Below, one piece after another: positions 1-14,200 of a stretch of DNA of 64,000 bases. The notes below the pieces were generated by a model. It saw only the letters and a list, made by a program, of their open reading frames with translations. It was not told the DNA's origin and ran no database searches. A program made the position numbers and the translations under genes. The first letter of the stretch is position 1, and each line of letters begins with the position of its first letter. This DNA comes from Octopus vulgaris (Eukaryota), in contig OX597831.1 in assembly GCA_951406725.2 (NCBI GenBank), positions 45,446,001-45,510,000 of the forward strand. The letters are read 5' to 3'.

Positions 1-350
1 CACTGATATGCTAAAAAAATGTAGAGAAGCCATTAGGAGGAAGAAGACTGAGCAAAGAAAGGATCTACTATCACTATTTCAATGCACAATTAAATCTCTG
101 TCAACAAATCAGGCAATTAGCAAACTGGGCAGGTCAGTGATACCCCATCGAGCAGACAGCTTGGATGTGGTGCCTCAAACTTTCACTTGTCAAACAGCAT
201 GCACCTAAAATTTTTCAAAGGGAATTGGAAGGTTGGGTTCAGCGGTGGTAAATGCATAGCTTCTGAGGGAGACTATGCTGATCAAAGCCTTTGTAAAGAG
301 ATCTAACACATGCAGTGTGAACAACTCATACCAGTTAATAAAAGAAAGCT
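1..350 (+). mobile_element. Degenerate mariner-type transposase C-terminal relic
   Basis: ORF 8-208 KKCREAIRRKK...ISKLGRSVIPHRADSLDVVPQTF resembles the mariner pattern LREAIRRKRP...LGWEVLPHPAYSPDLAPSDF; downstream IKAFVKR resembles the terminal GIxxLVxRW. Confidence 0.6.
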
Positions 351-878
351 ATGCACACTTTTGCATTACTTTTATAACAATCCTTGTATACATAGATATA
401 CCATACACATATATAAGCACAAACATATATATATGCACACACACACGTATATATTACACATATGTAAATGTTAAAATAATGTTATTTTAAGGCAGATTTA
501 AGAAATAGTGAGCATTTATTCTCTATACTGAGGGTAGAGTCAAGTTTATTGTGAAGATCAAGTTTCACATATCAGCTCATTCAACCTTTACACATAAATG
601 TATGAGTGCACATGTGCGTGTGTGTTTGTGTGTCTCCTTTTGACATTGAGAGATAGTTGTCAAAATGTGTCACTGTCATACATGTGGTGTCATTTGTTTG
701 GGTCTTCCATTGAGACATGTTCAGTCAGCCGTTGTGTTAATCATGTTGAAAAGTGTGAGGGAAATATCAACTTGCTTGGAAGCAGGCATGAGTTGGCATC
801 CAGTCATAGGATATTTGTCTCAATGAATTTCATCTGACCCATGCAAATATGAATAGAAATATAGATATACAGACTAAG

Positions 879-915
<37 letters not shown>

Positions 916-918
916 TAT

Positions 919-1298
919 CATCATCATCATCATTTAGCTTCCGTTTTCCATGCTAGCATGGGTTGGACGGTTCTACTGGGGTCTGTGAAGCCAGAAGGCT
1001 TCATCAGGCCCAGTCAAATCTGGCAGTGTTTCTACGGCTGGATGCCCTTCCTAACGCCAACCACTCCGTGAGTGTAGTGGGTGCTTTTTACGTGCCACCC
1101 GCACAGGTGCCAGACAGAGCTGGCAAACAGCCACGAACGGATGGTGCTTTTTATGTGCCACCAGCACGAGGGCCAGGCGAGGCTGGCAACAGACACAAAC
1201 GGATGGTGCTTTTTACGTGCCATCGGCACGAGGCCAGTCGGGGCGGTGCTGGCAACGGCCGCGAAACGGAAGGTTCTCTTACATGCCACCGGCACTGG
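919..1298 (-). mobile_element. Family D short retroelement (SINE or RTE-related non-autonomous) with (GAT)n tail and 5' ~62-bp tandem modules
   Basis: Reverse complement nearly identical to 16035-16325; contains GTTGGCGTTAGGAAGGGCATCCAGCCGTAGAAAC; CpGs intact. Confidence 0.85.
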
Positions 1299-1384
1299 TA
1301 ACACATCTGCAATTTCCATTGATCGATTTCGATTCTGATCCTCATATATATATAACAACACATATAGAGAGAGATGGGTATCAG

Positions 1385-1620
1385 AATTTAATAACCATGT
1401 TCCTTGCTGGCATGGGCTGGATGGTTTAAGAGGATCAGAGCTCCAAGGACTGCATTAAACTCAAGTGTCTGTTTTGCCGCGGGTTCTATGACTGGATGCT
1501 ATCCCTGGTGCCAACCACTTTACAACGAATAGTGGGTGTGCTTTTTTACTTTTCTTCTTTTGACACCAGCACTAGTGGAGTCACCATGCAAGTTGCAAGA
1601 CTAAGATCCCCTTCAACTGA
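1385..1620 (-). mobile_element. Old degenerate family D copy
   Basis: ctggatgctatccctggtgccaaccacttta matches the reverse complement of the family D core. Confidence 0.6.
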
Positions 1621-3549
1621 GTGAATTCTATTTCATATCTTCAGAGTAGGTGACTGAGGTAACAGGCTAGTCAGTTCAAAGTTCTGACCTTCAAACACAA
1701 TGCATTAAGACTCATTTATCAAGGATGATAGAAAGGGAAGTCACTTTGGTTTCATGTTAAGATGGAAGTCACATGTTATATGTTGATACACACACATTCA
1801 GCATTATAATTTTTATCAACAAATATTTCTTAATCAGTGATGAATAGACAATATAATCAGTCAATCTAATGTGGTCAAGGCAAAAAAAAAAAAGAAAAGA
1901 AAATTAATAATAAAGCAAACCTATAACAAAAGCATCCCAAACATGACCAGCATGTCTTCACTTTTTTTTTCTTTTAAAATGCATTTGGTGCGTAATTTAA
2001 CATTTTCCTTTTGTTAGAGAGAGTAGAGTGTGATGTAAAGGAGATTCGGCAGCTACATCTAGTGAGTGAAGCAACCATGAAAAGGTTCCCTTGCTGGCTC
2101 ATGACATAATTAGATAAAAACCTTCTTCCATACAGATTTGATAGCACAGAATTGAAATACACATATTGCATTGCAGACCTGTCAAACCCATGGCAATATG
2201 AGAAAATACACTAAACTGATCATCATCATCAGATCATGAATATTTAAATATAGGTGACCAAGCCAACTAGTTGGAAAAAAGATAAAATATATTTAGTTTT
2301 CTTTGACTAGATGTTATAGATGCTAGCAGGTACAGTAAATTAATTAAACATCTATATATGTTTCTTTTCTTTTTTTTTTTTGTTTTAAATCAAGAGACAT
2401 TAAAATTCAGCTCAGTGAGATTTCATGTGAAAACAGATAGGAAATAAAATACTCTACTGTATTTTATTCAGCACTCTATTATAATTAATATAATGTGTAT
2501 GTTTAAATGTTTTGTGTTTTACAGTTGGTCATCAAAACAGGGTTCATAGAGTTGAATTTTTAAATCAAAATTTCAAAGTATTTTCTAGTGCTAAAATATT
2601 TTTATACTTCAACAGAACAAATAAAATAGATGACACTATGAAAAACAAACTACCAATAAGTTAAATACAATACTTCTTGTACTTGACTAGAGATCTTGTA
2701 GAATTCAGTTCTATATATAACCTAACCATTATCTTTTGATCTTAGAGGATAAACTGAACTTTTTTTTAAAGTATTAAAATCACATAGGAGTTATTAAATT
2801 CAGCATCCTACAACCAGTCCAGTAAGCAGTTGCATGTGTGTGTCTTTGTGCTTTCATACTTTAACACTGATATTTCACAGCTGGAAGTACTTCCCAGTAG
2901 TAACCACTTTAGTGTAAAATGAGATGGTATTTTTATTACTATATAAGCAATAATATAAGAATATTTAGAAAAACTCAGAATCTCTTTTTTGTTTGCTTTC
3001 TTTTTTTTTTTTTTTTTGTATCTCTTCAGACCTATATAGAAGTGTACAAATATACTTTCAGAAAAAGTTGGGGGGGTTTTTTCCCCTTCATTTTTTAACA
3101 GAACACTAGCTTAACTTCCCTTTCAGAATTACTTCCCCAAATATATCATATCAATGTAATACACTAACTTCACTTTAAAATGTGCCAATTGATTCAAAAA
3201 GTCCCTTTCCATCACAGACAATCGAGTAGACTAGCAAAGCATAAACATGAACTTCATGTATTGTAATTAATTCAATTAAGCAAATAACTGGTAAAAATTG
3301 GAATTCGCTCTCATATCTCTCTATAGATATATATACATGTGTGTGTGTGTGTGTACACAGAGGAGGAGCATCTATTGTGACTACAGAGACTCACATGTGA
3401 ATGACAGCCCAGCTGCAGTGACTGTGTTTAAAGGGGCTGACCACCATTCCTTTCCTTGCAGGGATTTTTCCATTAATTTTGCTTTTCTTCATCAGTGAGC
3501 CTCAGCCTCTTCTCTTGTCTTTTTAAACCCTTGCCTAGTTCCTATCTCC

Positions 3550-3840
3550 AGTGGGAGCAATCATCAGCAATGTCTGCCCACTTTTCAACTTTTGTGTACA
3601 GAAACTTAATAATATTTCTCTTGCAGACATCTATGAAATGATGATGGAATTATCCATCCATAGTCCTCTTGCTGGAAGCCAGTTTACCATACAGCAAGTA
3701 TTGGAATCCTCACATTTAACATCCAATGTATGTAGCTCAGAGAGTTGGAGCATTGTTGCTGAAGAAGGACGAGGAGGCTGGGTATCTTGCACAACACAGG
3801 ATCTGCCTCATTATACATACATAACTTCTACAAAATGCTG
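3550..3840 (+). mobile_element. Degenerate RTE-like RT C-terminal fragment
   Basis: QQVLESSHLTSNVCSSESWS resembles RTE KLQVYxAxVLSxLLYGSESW; weak match. Confidence 0.35.
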
Positions 3841-3908
3841 TCCAATCTCAAATTCATGTCAACTATTTATCAACTTCTTTGCTAAATATATCACCATAAT
3901 CATTTTAA

Positions 3909-4101
3909 CCTGTTAGCATTTAAACAAGCCATATCAGTCCAAAATATTCTACATGTTTTATGTTCAAACCAGCCAGATGCAGCCTCTCACACCTACTCAA
4001 CAATGTCCTAAATATAAGCAATCACATCATGACAATTTCAAAGCTAAACATTATGGGTAAATAGGCATTACATTTGACAGAATAATCTGAATGCTCAAGG
4101 G
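3909..4101. mobile_element. piggyBac-type MITE (TTAA target)
   Basis: TTAA at 3905-3908 and 4102-4105; termini CCTGTTAGCATT / AATGCTCAAGGG; second copy at 11537-11759. Confidence 0.75.
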
Positions 4102-5944
4102 TTAAGTACTATTTCCCACATTTGCAATATATGAAGAAGTCTCCACTCTAGAGTAATTTATTAGATGCCTCAATACTACTTCATTTCATCAGTAAATTAA
4201 ACATTCTCAAAATTGGTCTAATAGTTCTTCCACAGTAATCTTTAATTTAACATAACAATTTAACATGTGTACCTTCCAGTGCTAACTTTTAGTATTTTGC
4301 CACTCATCATATCTTATATCATTGTAGTCATCGCATCTATATCTATAGAATGCCTCTGGTATTGAGCCACTCTCTCAACATACCTTAATCCAACCTATTT
4401 TGCACAATTAGTGAATCATACTAAATGCATTTCCTGGAACACTCAAAACATGTAGTCTGTATCAAAGAACCAGATGCAGTTTCAGATGAATTAGTATGAA
4501 AAATGTTGAATGATTTAGTATCACTAACAACAACAACAACACTGGATTTTCATTTTTCCATTGTGGCATGTTTGCAATAGAGAACCTTCAAAGGATCTTG
4601 ACCCCTATAATTCAAAGCATCAGAATGTCCTCTATTACCGTTACTGATGCACTTGAAGGGTTTGTTTTGCATAAGATTTACAGCCTGTTCCTCCGCAACA
4701 GCAGAAGTTAGATTATACAATATGCAATTCTTTTAGAAAATTTAAAGTTTAAATTGAAAACAAAACTAAAATAGTATCATTCAATTTGTTTTGCAGGGTG
4801 AAGCAATTTGTATTATAGAATGAGAATACAAAACTAATGTATTAAATGTAGATGTTAACAAGTAACAATTTGATGTAGTGAAGGCAATAAAAGAAGTTAA
4901 ATTAGAGAAGCTGGCAAGCAAAAATGATTGCAAGAGACCAGAATACAATTAGTTAAATAATGGATTAAGACTGACATACATAAGAAATTAGTAGTGCTCA
5001 GGCTACCAACATGCACATATCCCTCTTATTCAACTAACGAAAACTACCTCATTGAAGTTGATATGTACAGTAGCCATGGTGTGTAAAACTAATATAACTA
5101 TTTAATTTTTATTTCCATCAATAAGAGCAACAGGCCAGTAATAAGAAGGATCATTCCAAGCGTATCTCAGACAATCTTAAGTAATGGAACCAAAAAAGTA
5201 AAACAATAAATAGTTGTATATCATCTAAAAGAGGCCACACAAACGGCTAGGTTCTGTATTAAATGGTTATGATAACTCAGAAAGAGACTCAACAACATTT
5301 AATATAATCACAACATTTATTACAGACATTTTCCTGAGAAAACTGAAGATTTCATCAGACTAATAATAAACTGATGATAGAATCTGAAAGCACTTAATGA
5401 GGGGTAATAAAGTACAGAAGTGTTATGACTAGCTAATAAGCTATATGAGTGGAATAATGACTATACCTTGTGTCAACTTCACTGAATGTTGCAACTTCAG
5501 TACAGAAAGTAATTAGCTTATTTAAAACTGAAGTCAGAATTTTTATGACAAGTAAATTAACAAGAGGAACAGGGACACATGTGAATGCAGTTTTATTCAT
5601 GAAAATACAGTTAATTATGAAATTACAAGGGCTTTCTTATATGCAGTAGAATGCTACAAAAATGTCTCACATAAAAATATTTTATTCAGCATTCATCATG
5701 AATTTTTGTATATCTTCCCGTTACCAATTTTAATCCCATGTTCATTTCATAAGAACTAGAACCAACATGCTACCTTAAACATAGCATTTTGATAGTGAGA
5801 CAAGTTTTCATATATACAGAGTATAAAAGAGATGAACTGGGAGAATCTTTAGAACAGTTAAAATGAATCTAAAACCTTGGCAAAACAACACTTTAAATGC
5901 AAGTATATGTTGAGCAATATTTCAGAGACAGCAAAATAATCCTT

Positions 5945-6125
5945 CCCTTTCTATAATAAGCACAAGGCCTGAAATTTTGGTGAGCAGAGCTAAATGAACA
6001 GGCTGACCCCAGTTGTTCAAATGGTACTTATTTCACTGGCCCCAAAAGAATGAAATGCAAAGTCAACCTTGGCAGATGCTAAGCATTTTGTCCAGCTTGC
6101 CAACAATTTGCCAGCTTTCCACCTT
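5945..6125 (-). mobile_element. SINE family A (tRNA head plus Meta/MESC-like core), CpG-decayed
   Basis: gcacaaggcctgaaatttt...ggtacttattt...aagtcaacctt matches the family A reverse complement. Confidence 0.7.
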
Positions 6126-6605
6126 TGAGAGAGAGAGAGAGAGAAAGAAGCATTCCATCCACCACTATCTTGTCTTTTTCCTATGTGCAGAAAACCTTGA
6201 TCTACATAATATAAAGTATCATTTTCTAAGGCAATAGGGTATGCATTGATAAACAGACTTGTCAGCTACTTTTAGCAGATCAAGAATGATTTTGATCAAA
6301 GATCTGATCACTAAAACAACAAGAAACTATTAGAAGCACTGAACAGCAAACTAGTAGACACATACATGCACATAAAAAAAAATGGCATGCAAATAAACAG
6401 AGATATGTACTAACAGCTTTCTTTTATTCCTAAATCCCAGTGTGTGTTTGTTTTCGGGATTAATAAATCAAGGCAAATATCTATAAAGCACTTGGTAATG
6501 TATGGTGTTATCACCAATTAAAGATGTGATTTTCTCCATTCTTGCTTTTGTTTTATATATACATACATACACACACACATACACATGTTATATATATATA
6601 TACTG

Positions 6606-6900
6606 TGAAGACAAATGGCTTAGTGGTTAGGGTGTTGCACTCACGAATGCAAGACCAAGGGTTCAACTCCCAGACCAGGCATTGCGCTGTGTTCTTGAGC
6701 AAAGCACTTCATTTCACATTGCTCTGCGATTATTTCGTTATCTGACATGTGGCATCTGTTGCACCTGTACAGGTAATGTCTATTTGATGGAGGGAGTGAG
6801 CTTATGTCTACACGAACATTTGATCACTATAAACAAATCAACTGTGTGGTTGCTCAGCAAGAAACTGCTGAACCCTCATACATTGTCCAACAATGGGAAA
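6606..6900 (+). mobile_element. SINE family C (tRNA-derived)
   Basis: A-box TGGCTTAGTGG, B-box GGTTCAACTCC, then TTCTTGAGCAAAGCACTT; homologous to 47361-47604. Confidence 0.75.
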
Positions 6901-7237
6901 GTCCATGATATGTAGAGAGAGAGAGAGAGAGAGAAGCATATACATACATACATTGGCATATTATGTGTGCATGTTCTTTCTACATGAGTATTCAATTGCT
7001 CATCTATCAATTAGTATAGCATGGTGTCGAGTGATTGACAATATATAAAGTTGATAAGTGTAGTAATTAGGTGATACAATTTTTATTGTATCACCAAAAT
7101 TAAATTCTTTCGGTGCAATGTTCTTGTTTATGTATATTTGTTATGTAATATATCAAACCCTTCAATAATGTTAGGTTCACAGACGGCTAAAGAGGATGCA
7201 CAGTTGCTGATAAAATCTCAATTAAACAAATGAAATA

Positions 7238-7358
7238 CAGTAATATGTCAGTTTACGAGGACCCGCTTTATGAGACCCCAGATTTATGAGTTTTCACGAG
7301 TTTTCGTTTTACAAGATTCCGCCAGGAATAAATTAACTCATATTTCAATGCATTACTG
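7238..7358. mobile_element. Tc1/mariner-pogo-type MITE
   Basis: TA flanks on both sides; termini CAGTAAT...ATTACTG; internal TTTA(C/T)GAG repeats. Confidence 0.6.
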
Positions 7359-7503
7359 TATGTTCAGCTGTTCCTTGTTGTACATACAGATAAGTTGTTT
7401 ACAGCTCTCAATATGTACATGTACAGTGTTGGTTAGAAAAATCTAAAGATATTCTGTAGTACAGTATAGCAATATAACAAAACGCTTTTAACACAACAGT
7501 AAC

Positions 7504-7556
<53 letters not shown>

Positions 7557-9712
7557 TCGAGTGTGTGTGTCTGTATGCTTGTAAAACATGTACACATACA
7601 ATGGTAACAACAAATAGGATTCAATGAGATCAATAGCAGCTAGGCTGCTATCTCAGAGTGGATATATCAATCTGTGTACAAACTTAAGGAAAAAAAAAAA
7701 ATTAAAAAAAGCAACCTCAGCATATGAACTATATTCTGTTAATTACAGTACTGATATCAAATTTTGATCACTAATAATATAGTGTACTGTCCAACAGGTA
7801 GTTTGAACTTTCACTGCTTTCTGACAGAGACTCACTTTGTTATTGCCATTCCTTCTGCACACAAATATTTTATAGTTTGGCTTCATTCTGAAGTCAAATG
7901 AATCTCTCTCTATATTTTTCAATTCTCTAAGTCTATTGCAAGAAATAGTTCCTATTGCTGCCTTTCATTCGCTATTAAACTGGGAAAAATCATCAAAGTA
8001 AAAATGACATATTTGGCTGGTTTTCAGAGAATGTTAGCAAAATCTGGCAACAAGATCTCCCCATAATCCAAGATGAATCTCTTTACTTTGGTCACAGGGT
8101 TTCTCATTGATATGTATAAATGTATCTATCCCTGTATGTATACTGCATTTCTTTATGTATGAACAAAAAGAAGCTAGCATACAAACTGTAATTTCTTTGT
8201 CATCTTATATTTCCACCATCTAATATTAGCTCACCCAGCAACATAAATGCTATTTATAAGCACACTACATATTTGATGTGCTGAATATAAAACATATACA
8301 AGTAAAATCATCATACTTTTTGATTGAGATAATCACAAAATAATAATTCAAAACCTCATAGATACTGAAATAATTAGTTGAGTGAAAATGCAGCATAAGA
8401 AAAAATAAAAAGTTCCAAAAATCGACTTGAGAATCATAAACAACGATGTTTACATTTCATTACTGGATCTTGATCTAAACTAACACTGCATGAAAGTAGT
8501 TTTTTCTAAAGCATATTTATTCCTAGTACTTTCTAAGGTGGATACAAGTCTCAAATGGGTTTAAAAAATGAATTATGTCACATTCTAATAATAATGCTGA
8601 ACACCTTATAATAAATGCAGAAGAAACCTTAAACAATAGATGATATAAGATGCTATCTTTGACAACAAAAACAAACCAGCTAAACAAAATAAAAGAAAGA
8701 TCACATTGTTGCACCTGCTAAATCACTAATGACTTAAAAACTTTATCAAAATCACACATCCTAAATGTTTTGACAACATACTTGACAAATTCTGTGTTTT
8801 TGTAGCTCGGAAGTCAAATATTAAGATTTCACATGGTAACAAAGCCAATCTTGACAATTTCACCAGTAAGACCTTTAGAGAATTGTTAATTTTTAAAAAA
8901 TTAAAATCCTGTTGAAGCCAATTTTGGTTGATGAAAAGAAGTACCAGTACTTTACTGAGATAATTAAAGTGGAGAAAAACTAAATAGAAACTGCAATAGT
9001 GATCTTGTGCATTCTTAGTAAGCAGACATTTTATAATACCAAAAACAGCATTTTTCATTCAAAGCTGAAGTAAAATAACCAAACATAGAAAACAAAAAAA
9101 TATAAGAGATTAGATAAGAACCAAAGTATATGTAAGTAGAAAGTGTAGTACCATTAAGCAAATCAAGACTGATGATAAAGACATTTGAAACAGTACAACT
9201 ATAGTTATTAAAAAAAGTCTTTATTGATAACAACTAATTTATACTTTTATAAAAAGACAGGCCATATTTTACATCTGTAAACATTCATAGGTGACAATAT
9301 AAGACTATGATTGAAAATGTCTAAGTACAATCCAATGTGTGCATGAAGGAGAGGTTGTGATGATAGGAACTGTGAATAAAAACAAGAATAAAAAGGATAA
9401 CAACTTGCTTCTGAATTGAAACAGGAGTATATGGGAAAAGCAAATAGGAAATTGTGTAACCTGAGCCACCAAGGAGAGTTGAGCCAGTGAAAAGCAGAGG
9501 ACAATCAGTGGAAATATATTTTGTAGAGCAGTCAAACATTTTACAAAGAGATATATTCATGTTTCTTAGCAATACATCTTCAAAGAAGCTAACCAAAATC
9601 TTTTTAACATCAATGGCCAGCATTTGAAATAGAGTATTAATGAAAAAAAAAAGACAGAAGAACTGCATGAAGACAAACTGATTTATGATGTTGATCAGTG
9701 TATTAAATACTC

Positions 9713-9928
9713 TTTTCTAACTCTAGGCACAAGACTTGAAATTTTTGGAGAGGAGGCCAGTCAATTAGATCGACTCCAGTATGCAACTGGTACTTAATTT
9801 ATCGACCCCTGAAAGGATGAAAGGCAAAGTCAACCTCGGTGGAATTTGAACTCAGAAAATAAAAACAGAGGAAATACTGCCAAGCATTTTGCCCGGTGTG
9901 CTAACATTTCTGCCAGCTTGCTGCCTTA
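9713..9928 (-). mobile_element. SINE family A
   Basis: ctggtacttaatttatcgacccctgaaaggatgaaaggcaaagtcaacctcggtggaatttgaactcagaa. Confidence 0.85.
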
Positions 9929-11536
9929 TCAGTGTATTAAATACTATCACAGTAAACAGTTCCCGACAAATCTTAAAACTAAACACTATTTTTATGTTAA
10001 GTCATTTTCAATTATCACCGTACTCTATTAGTAAAAACTGGTGGAATCATCATATGGCAGTGATTGACTGTTGTCAAATCAATCACTACTCTAAATGGTC
10101 CTAATTACAGCTCAAATTAGAAACTGTAACAACTCAATACAGCTTTATCTCATCTCTTTTCTAAAACTGAACCAGATGTAATATCCCAATTATATATTTT
10201 GAAACAGCTTGTAGAAGTACATGTTATCTATCAAAAGTAGTTATAAAACTGTTACAACAAACTGTGCCAGAAAATCAAGTCAAAAATTTCTGACCAGAAT
10301 AACTTAATTTGCAATAAATCACAATAAAAGGACATGTACAACTGCCCACAAAATTGCAGCTCAGTTCAAGATTCCCTAATGTTGAAAATATTATTAGTTA
10401 AATATCAAAAATAAATCAGTGTAAAGTAATGCCAATATATGAGGCATGAAATGAAACTGAACTTTTCCTTGATGTCTAGAAGTCAGAGTTCATCTTTCTC
10501 TCTCTCTCAACTATTTAGAAACTGCTATGGAAAAAAGTGAAATGAAATTACTTAACCACAAATCAAATCTGCATTGTAAATTCAGATAGTACTCACACAA
10601 ATATTATAAAAAATTTGTACTCATTTTGATCATCTAAATTCTATTGGACAATTAATCTCATCCAAGCCTATTTTCTAAAATCTATAAATTATAAACAAAA
10701 CCAAAGGGTACGACTTTTATCAAAAATCTAGTTTTTAAGTGTGATGGTGTTGTAAATATGGCGCTCTTACTATCCAATCTAGGACTCTCCAAAGCTATGT
10801 ATTAAAATTAAAATTTCCATTTCAATAAATAATGAATTATTTCACTCAGAAGATTTTTTTTTATTATTAAACTTGTAATCCAAAAGCTACTTTTAGCTAC
10901 TAAATTAAAAGAAATTGAAATCAAAATAGCTTCCAGCAAAAAAAGATAAAATATTTTAATGCTCAATTTGAAATTATACACATAGGCAATGAAAGCAGTT
11001 GATGTTACACAAAATAAAATTAAATAAAATTAAAATTAACAAAAAAAATCTAAAAAGTAATGATAAATCTATTCCAGAAACCAGTTTAAAATATTTTTTT
11101 CAATAATCTAATTTAATATACATTGAAAATATGAAACCTTTTGCACATAGAAACAAACTGCGTATGCAGAAAATTCTACTTCAGTGTGATGAAAACAGAG
11201 GTGATAGTTCAGTGCATTAATGTAAAATAATAATAAGTGTTCAACTTACTGCACTAAAATCAAGTAAATCACTAAGTTCTTTATCTGTAGCAATATTCAT
11301 TCTGTCACCAAGAGTAAACTGTCCAGGTCTGTGTTTAAAAAAAAAAGAATAAAAAAAAATTAACAAATATATTATAACATGTATTCAGAACTGCAAAGCA
11401 AATTGTAGAAAAACAAAATCTTTATCATAGCAACAATATCAGCTTTCCTTATGTTCACAGCAACAAAGATAGGACTTCTCTACAATATGTTGATTTCTAA
11501 ATAAATACATAGAGCAGATTTTAAATGTAAATTTAA

Positions 11537-11759
11537 TCCTTTAGCACTGAAACAGGCCATATCCGGCCCAAACATTCTACCTCTCTCATGTTCAAACCAG
11601 TCAGATCTGGCTTCTCATACCTACCCTATAATGTTATTCTAAAAATAATCAATCACATTATCAAAATATTGAAGCTGATGAGATAGTATGTGATTAATTC
11701 CAAAACAATGTAAATAAATAAGCATCATATTTGACAGAGTAATCTGTGAGGCAAAAGGG
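11537..11759. mobile_element. piggyBac-type MITE, same family as 3909-4101
   Basis: Colinear homology with 3909-4101; TTAA on the left, TTGA on the right. Confidence 0.7.
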
Positions 11760-12339
11760 TTGAGTAAATGAGGCAATATATAACTACTACAAGAATCATA
11801 GATGAAACAGGACACATACTCAAAGTGTAGTCATGTATCTTGTATTTAGTTATATCTACAGGAGTTTGGATCTACAACAAATAGGATGTTCTCTGATGAC
11901 TCATAAGGTCACCATGATAAAACAATTTCATAAATAAATAAACATTGCAGTGCCTCTTCTTGATCTAACCATATACACCTATATATTTTAGTTTCATTTA
12001 ATATCCAGTTAATTCATTATTATTATTATTACTACTATTTTGTAAACTATAACCACTTTACTACCAAACAATTCTTAGTTGAAACTAGGTTTCAATTTTA
12101 TCAGAAGCAGTAAAAATGAAATTATTATCTTACTAGTCAGTTACTAAAGAAATGCTTTGACCTGGATATTATAGGTGTATAACACACACACAGGGTGAGC
12201 TCCACACTTATTAAAATACAATAAATTCGATGAGATTGACACCTCTACAAGCTAGGGATGACCACTTCACAAACTCTAGAAATAGTAAATTACTAAGTGA
12301 TATGCAAATTACAGCAGAAAATCTCCCTTGTTCATTACC

Positions 12340-12710
12340 CTTTTCTATTATATGCACAAGGCCTGAAATTTGAGTGGGGGGGGGGGGAGTTGATCAAATT
12401 GACTCCAGTGCTCAACTGGTACTTATTTCAATGACCCCAAAAGGATGAAAGGCAAAAATCAACTTGGTGGATTTGAATTCAGATTGTAAAGCTGGAAGAA
12501 ATGCCACTAAGCATTTTGTTTGGCAAAGTAATGATTCTGCCAGCTTCCCCTGTTTGTTATCAAAAGTAATTCTGAAAGCTTTCATGATAGTCTACACTTC
12601 CAAATAATGATATCTTACATAGGCACAAGGCCCAGTACTTGAGTGGTTCTTTATTTTATCAAACCCAGAAGGATGAAAGACAAAGATAACCTGGGTAGGA
12701 TTTGAACTCA
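12340..12710 (-). mobile_element. SINE family A (one full copy and one partial copy)
   Basis: Two occurrences of the aaggatgaaag...atttgaa(t/c)tcag core. Confidence 0.75.
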
Positions 12711-13514
12711 GTTTGTTTCCCTCTCTAACAATTTTACCAATCCATCATACACTGTAATAAACTATTTCCTTACATCACAAACAATATTTAAGTTTTCAGT
12801 TTTCTATCAGGCTGTATACTTTCCATACAGCTATTTTTTCACCCACTGTATTCCATAACAATATAGAAATGATAGTGATGCTTTTTAAAAGAAAATGAAA
12901 GCTATTTAAAATTAGAAATCAATGTCTGAGATTTAAATACTCCTAATGTACTTTTTACTTAATCATAAGGTATGAATAAACACAACTGAGCATTCAGCTA
13001 AAAGAAAAAAAAGAAAGTAAAAGAAAAAAACACAATTATGAAAATTGTTAAAACATCTAAAATAGTAATGGACACAAGCAGATATTTTAGCATGGTTATA
13101 TACTGCCTTTTACACCAAGTTATCTTAATCTACTACATTATCTTATGCCAATGAAATCCACACAGTTTGCAACATATACCTGTGAAAGTAGTTAAGCAAG
13201 CAATTTTGAATTAAACCAAAAACATTTTTTTGACATTACAGATATGTCCTGTAGTTAAAAGTAAATATCTTTTTTTAATTTGGAGTATTTTGTAAAGTAA
13301 TGTAACTACACAACATGCAAGATCATTATTTTAAAATTAATTTGAACATTGTTTGGAGAGAAGGAGAGGGAATATATTGTTCTTCAGTTATCTAAAATAA
13401 CATTCAAGCATCATAATTAGAGCCCTCAAAGTTTGAAGAACTCTAACTCAACATGATAGTTTTACCATTGTGTGCTCGTTAACTAAGATCTATGAACGCT
13501 TTAAAATTCAAAAT

Positions 13515-13745
13515 TAACTCTTTTGATATTAGTCAGGTCTATGAAGCAAAACCTCAATATGTTCATATTTAAATTAAAACCAATGATAATTTTATGCAAG
13601 AACTTTTGGCTTAGAAGTTACAATTCAAAGACCAGTCAATGAGAAAAGTAATTTACTGAATCCATACAAATTTACTACTTTATTACTTTCAAAATTAACT
13701 GAAATACATTCACAGTATTTCAATAAAACAAGTCACAAAAGTGTT
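13515..13745. mobile_element. Degenerate TTAA-type MITE; related copy in opposite orientation at ~17355-17545
   Basis: ttaactcttttgata...gtcacaaaagtgtt versus ttaacccttttgttacc at 17355. Confidence 0.45.
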
Positions 13746-14024
13746 TTATATATATATGTATATATATAGCGGCACCCATGATATCTAATTCATAAACTTT
13801 ATTCATTGCTCAGAGACAACATAAGGACTAACTGACAATCATTTGCTATCTTAAAGAACAACCCTTTATTTACAGAAAAAAATAACAATTCTGCAAAAGA
13901 AAAATCTTTTAAAAATTAATTCTGTGAAATAATGATGATGATAATGTCCATTACATATCCATGAGCAATTAGCAAAATTTTAGTAACTTGAAAAGCTTTG
14001 CAGTTAATTACTATTTTATTTTTG

Positions 14025-14200
14025 ACACGTAAAAGGCATCCACTAGTGGTTGACATTAGGAAGGGCATCCAGCCATAGAAACCAAGCCAAATCAGACTGG
14101 AGCCTGGTACAGCTTGCCAGCTTACCAGTTCCAGTCAAACTGTCTAACCCATGCCAGTATGGAAAATGGACGCTAAATGAATATGATAATGATGATGATT
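14025..14200 (+). mobile_element. Family D element 3' part
   Basis: gttgacattaggaagggcatccagccatagaaacc...ggacgctaaatga followed by a GAT tail. Confidence 0.75.

Noticed and set aside
963-1361. Overlapping GC-rich ORFs, duplicated at 15961-16278
   Set aside because: They lie within a dispersed short retroelement and show no protein-family motif.
8020-8110. Short coding-looking minus-strand stretch (MRNPVTKVKRFILDYGEILLPDFANIL)
   Set aside because: No convincing flanking splice sites, and too short to support.
11890-11930. CTGATGA-CTCAT...ATGAT-AAAAC hammerhead-like string
   Set aside because: GAAA and the cleavage triplet are absent and there is no convincing stem I; at most a very old relic.
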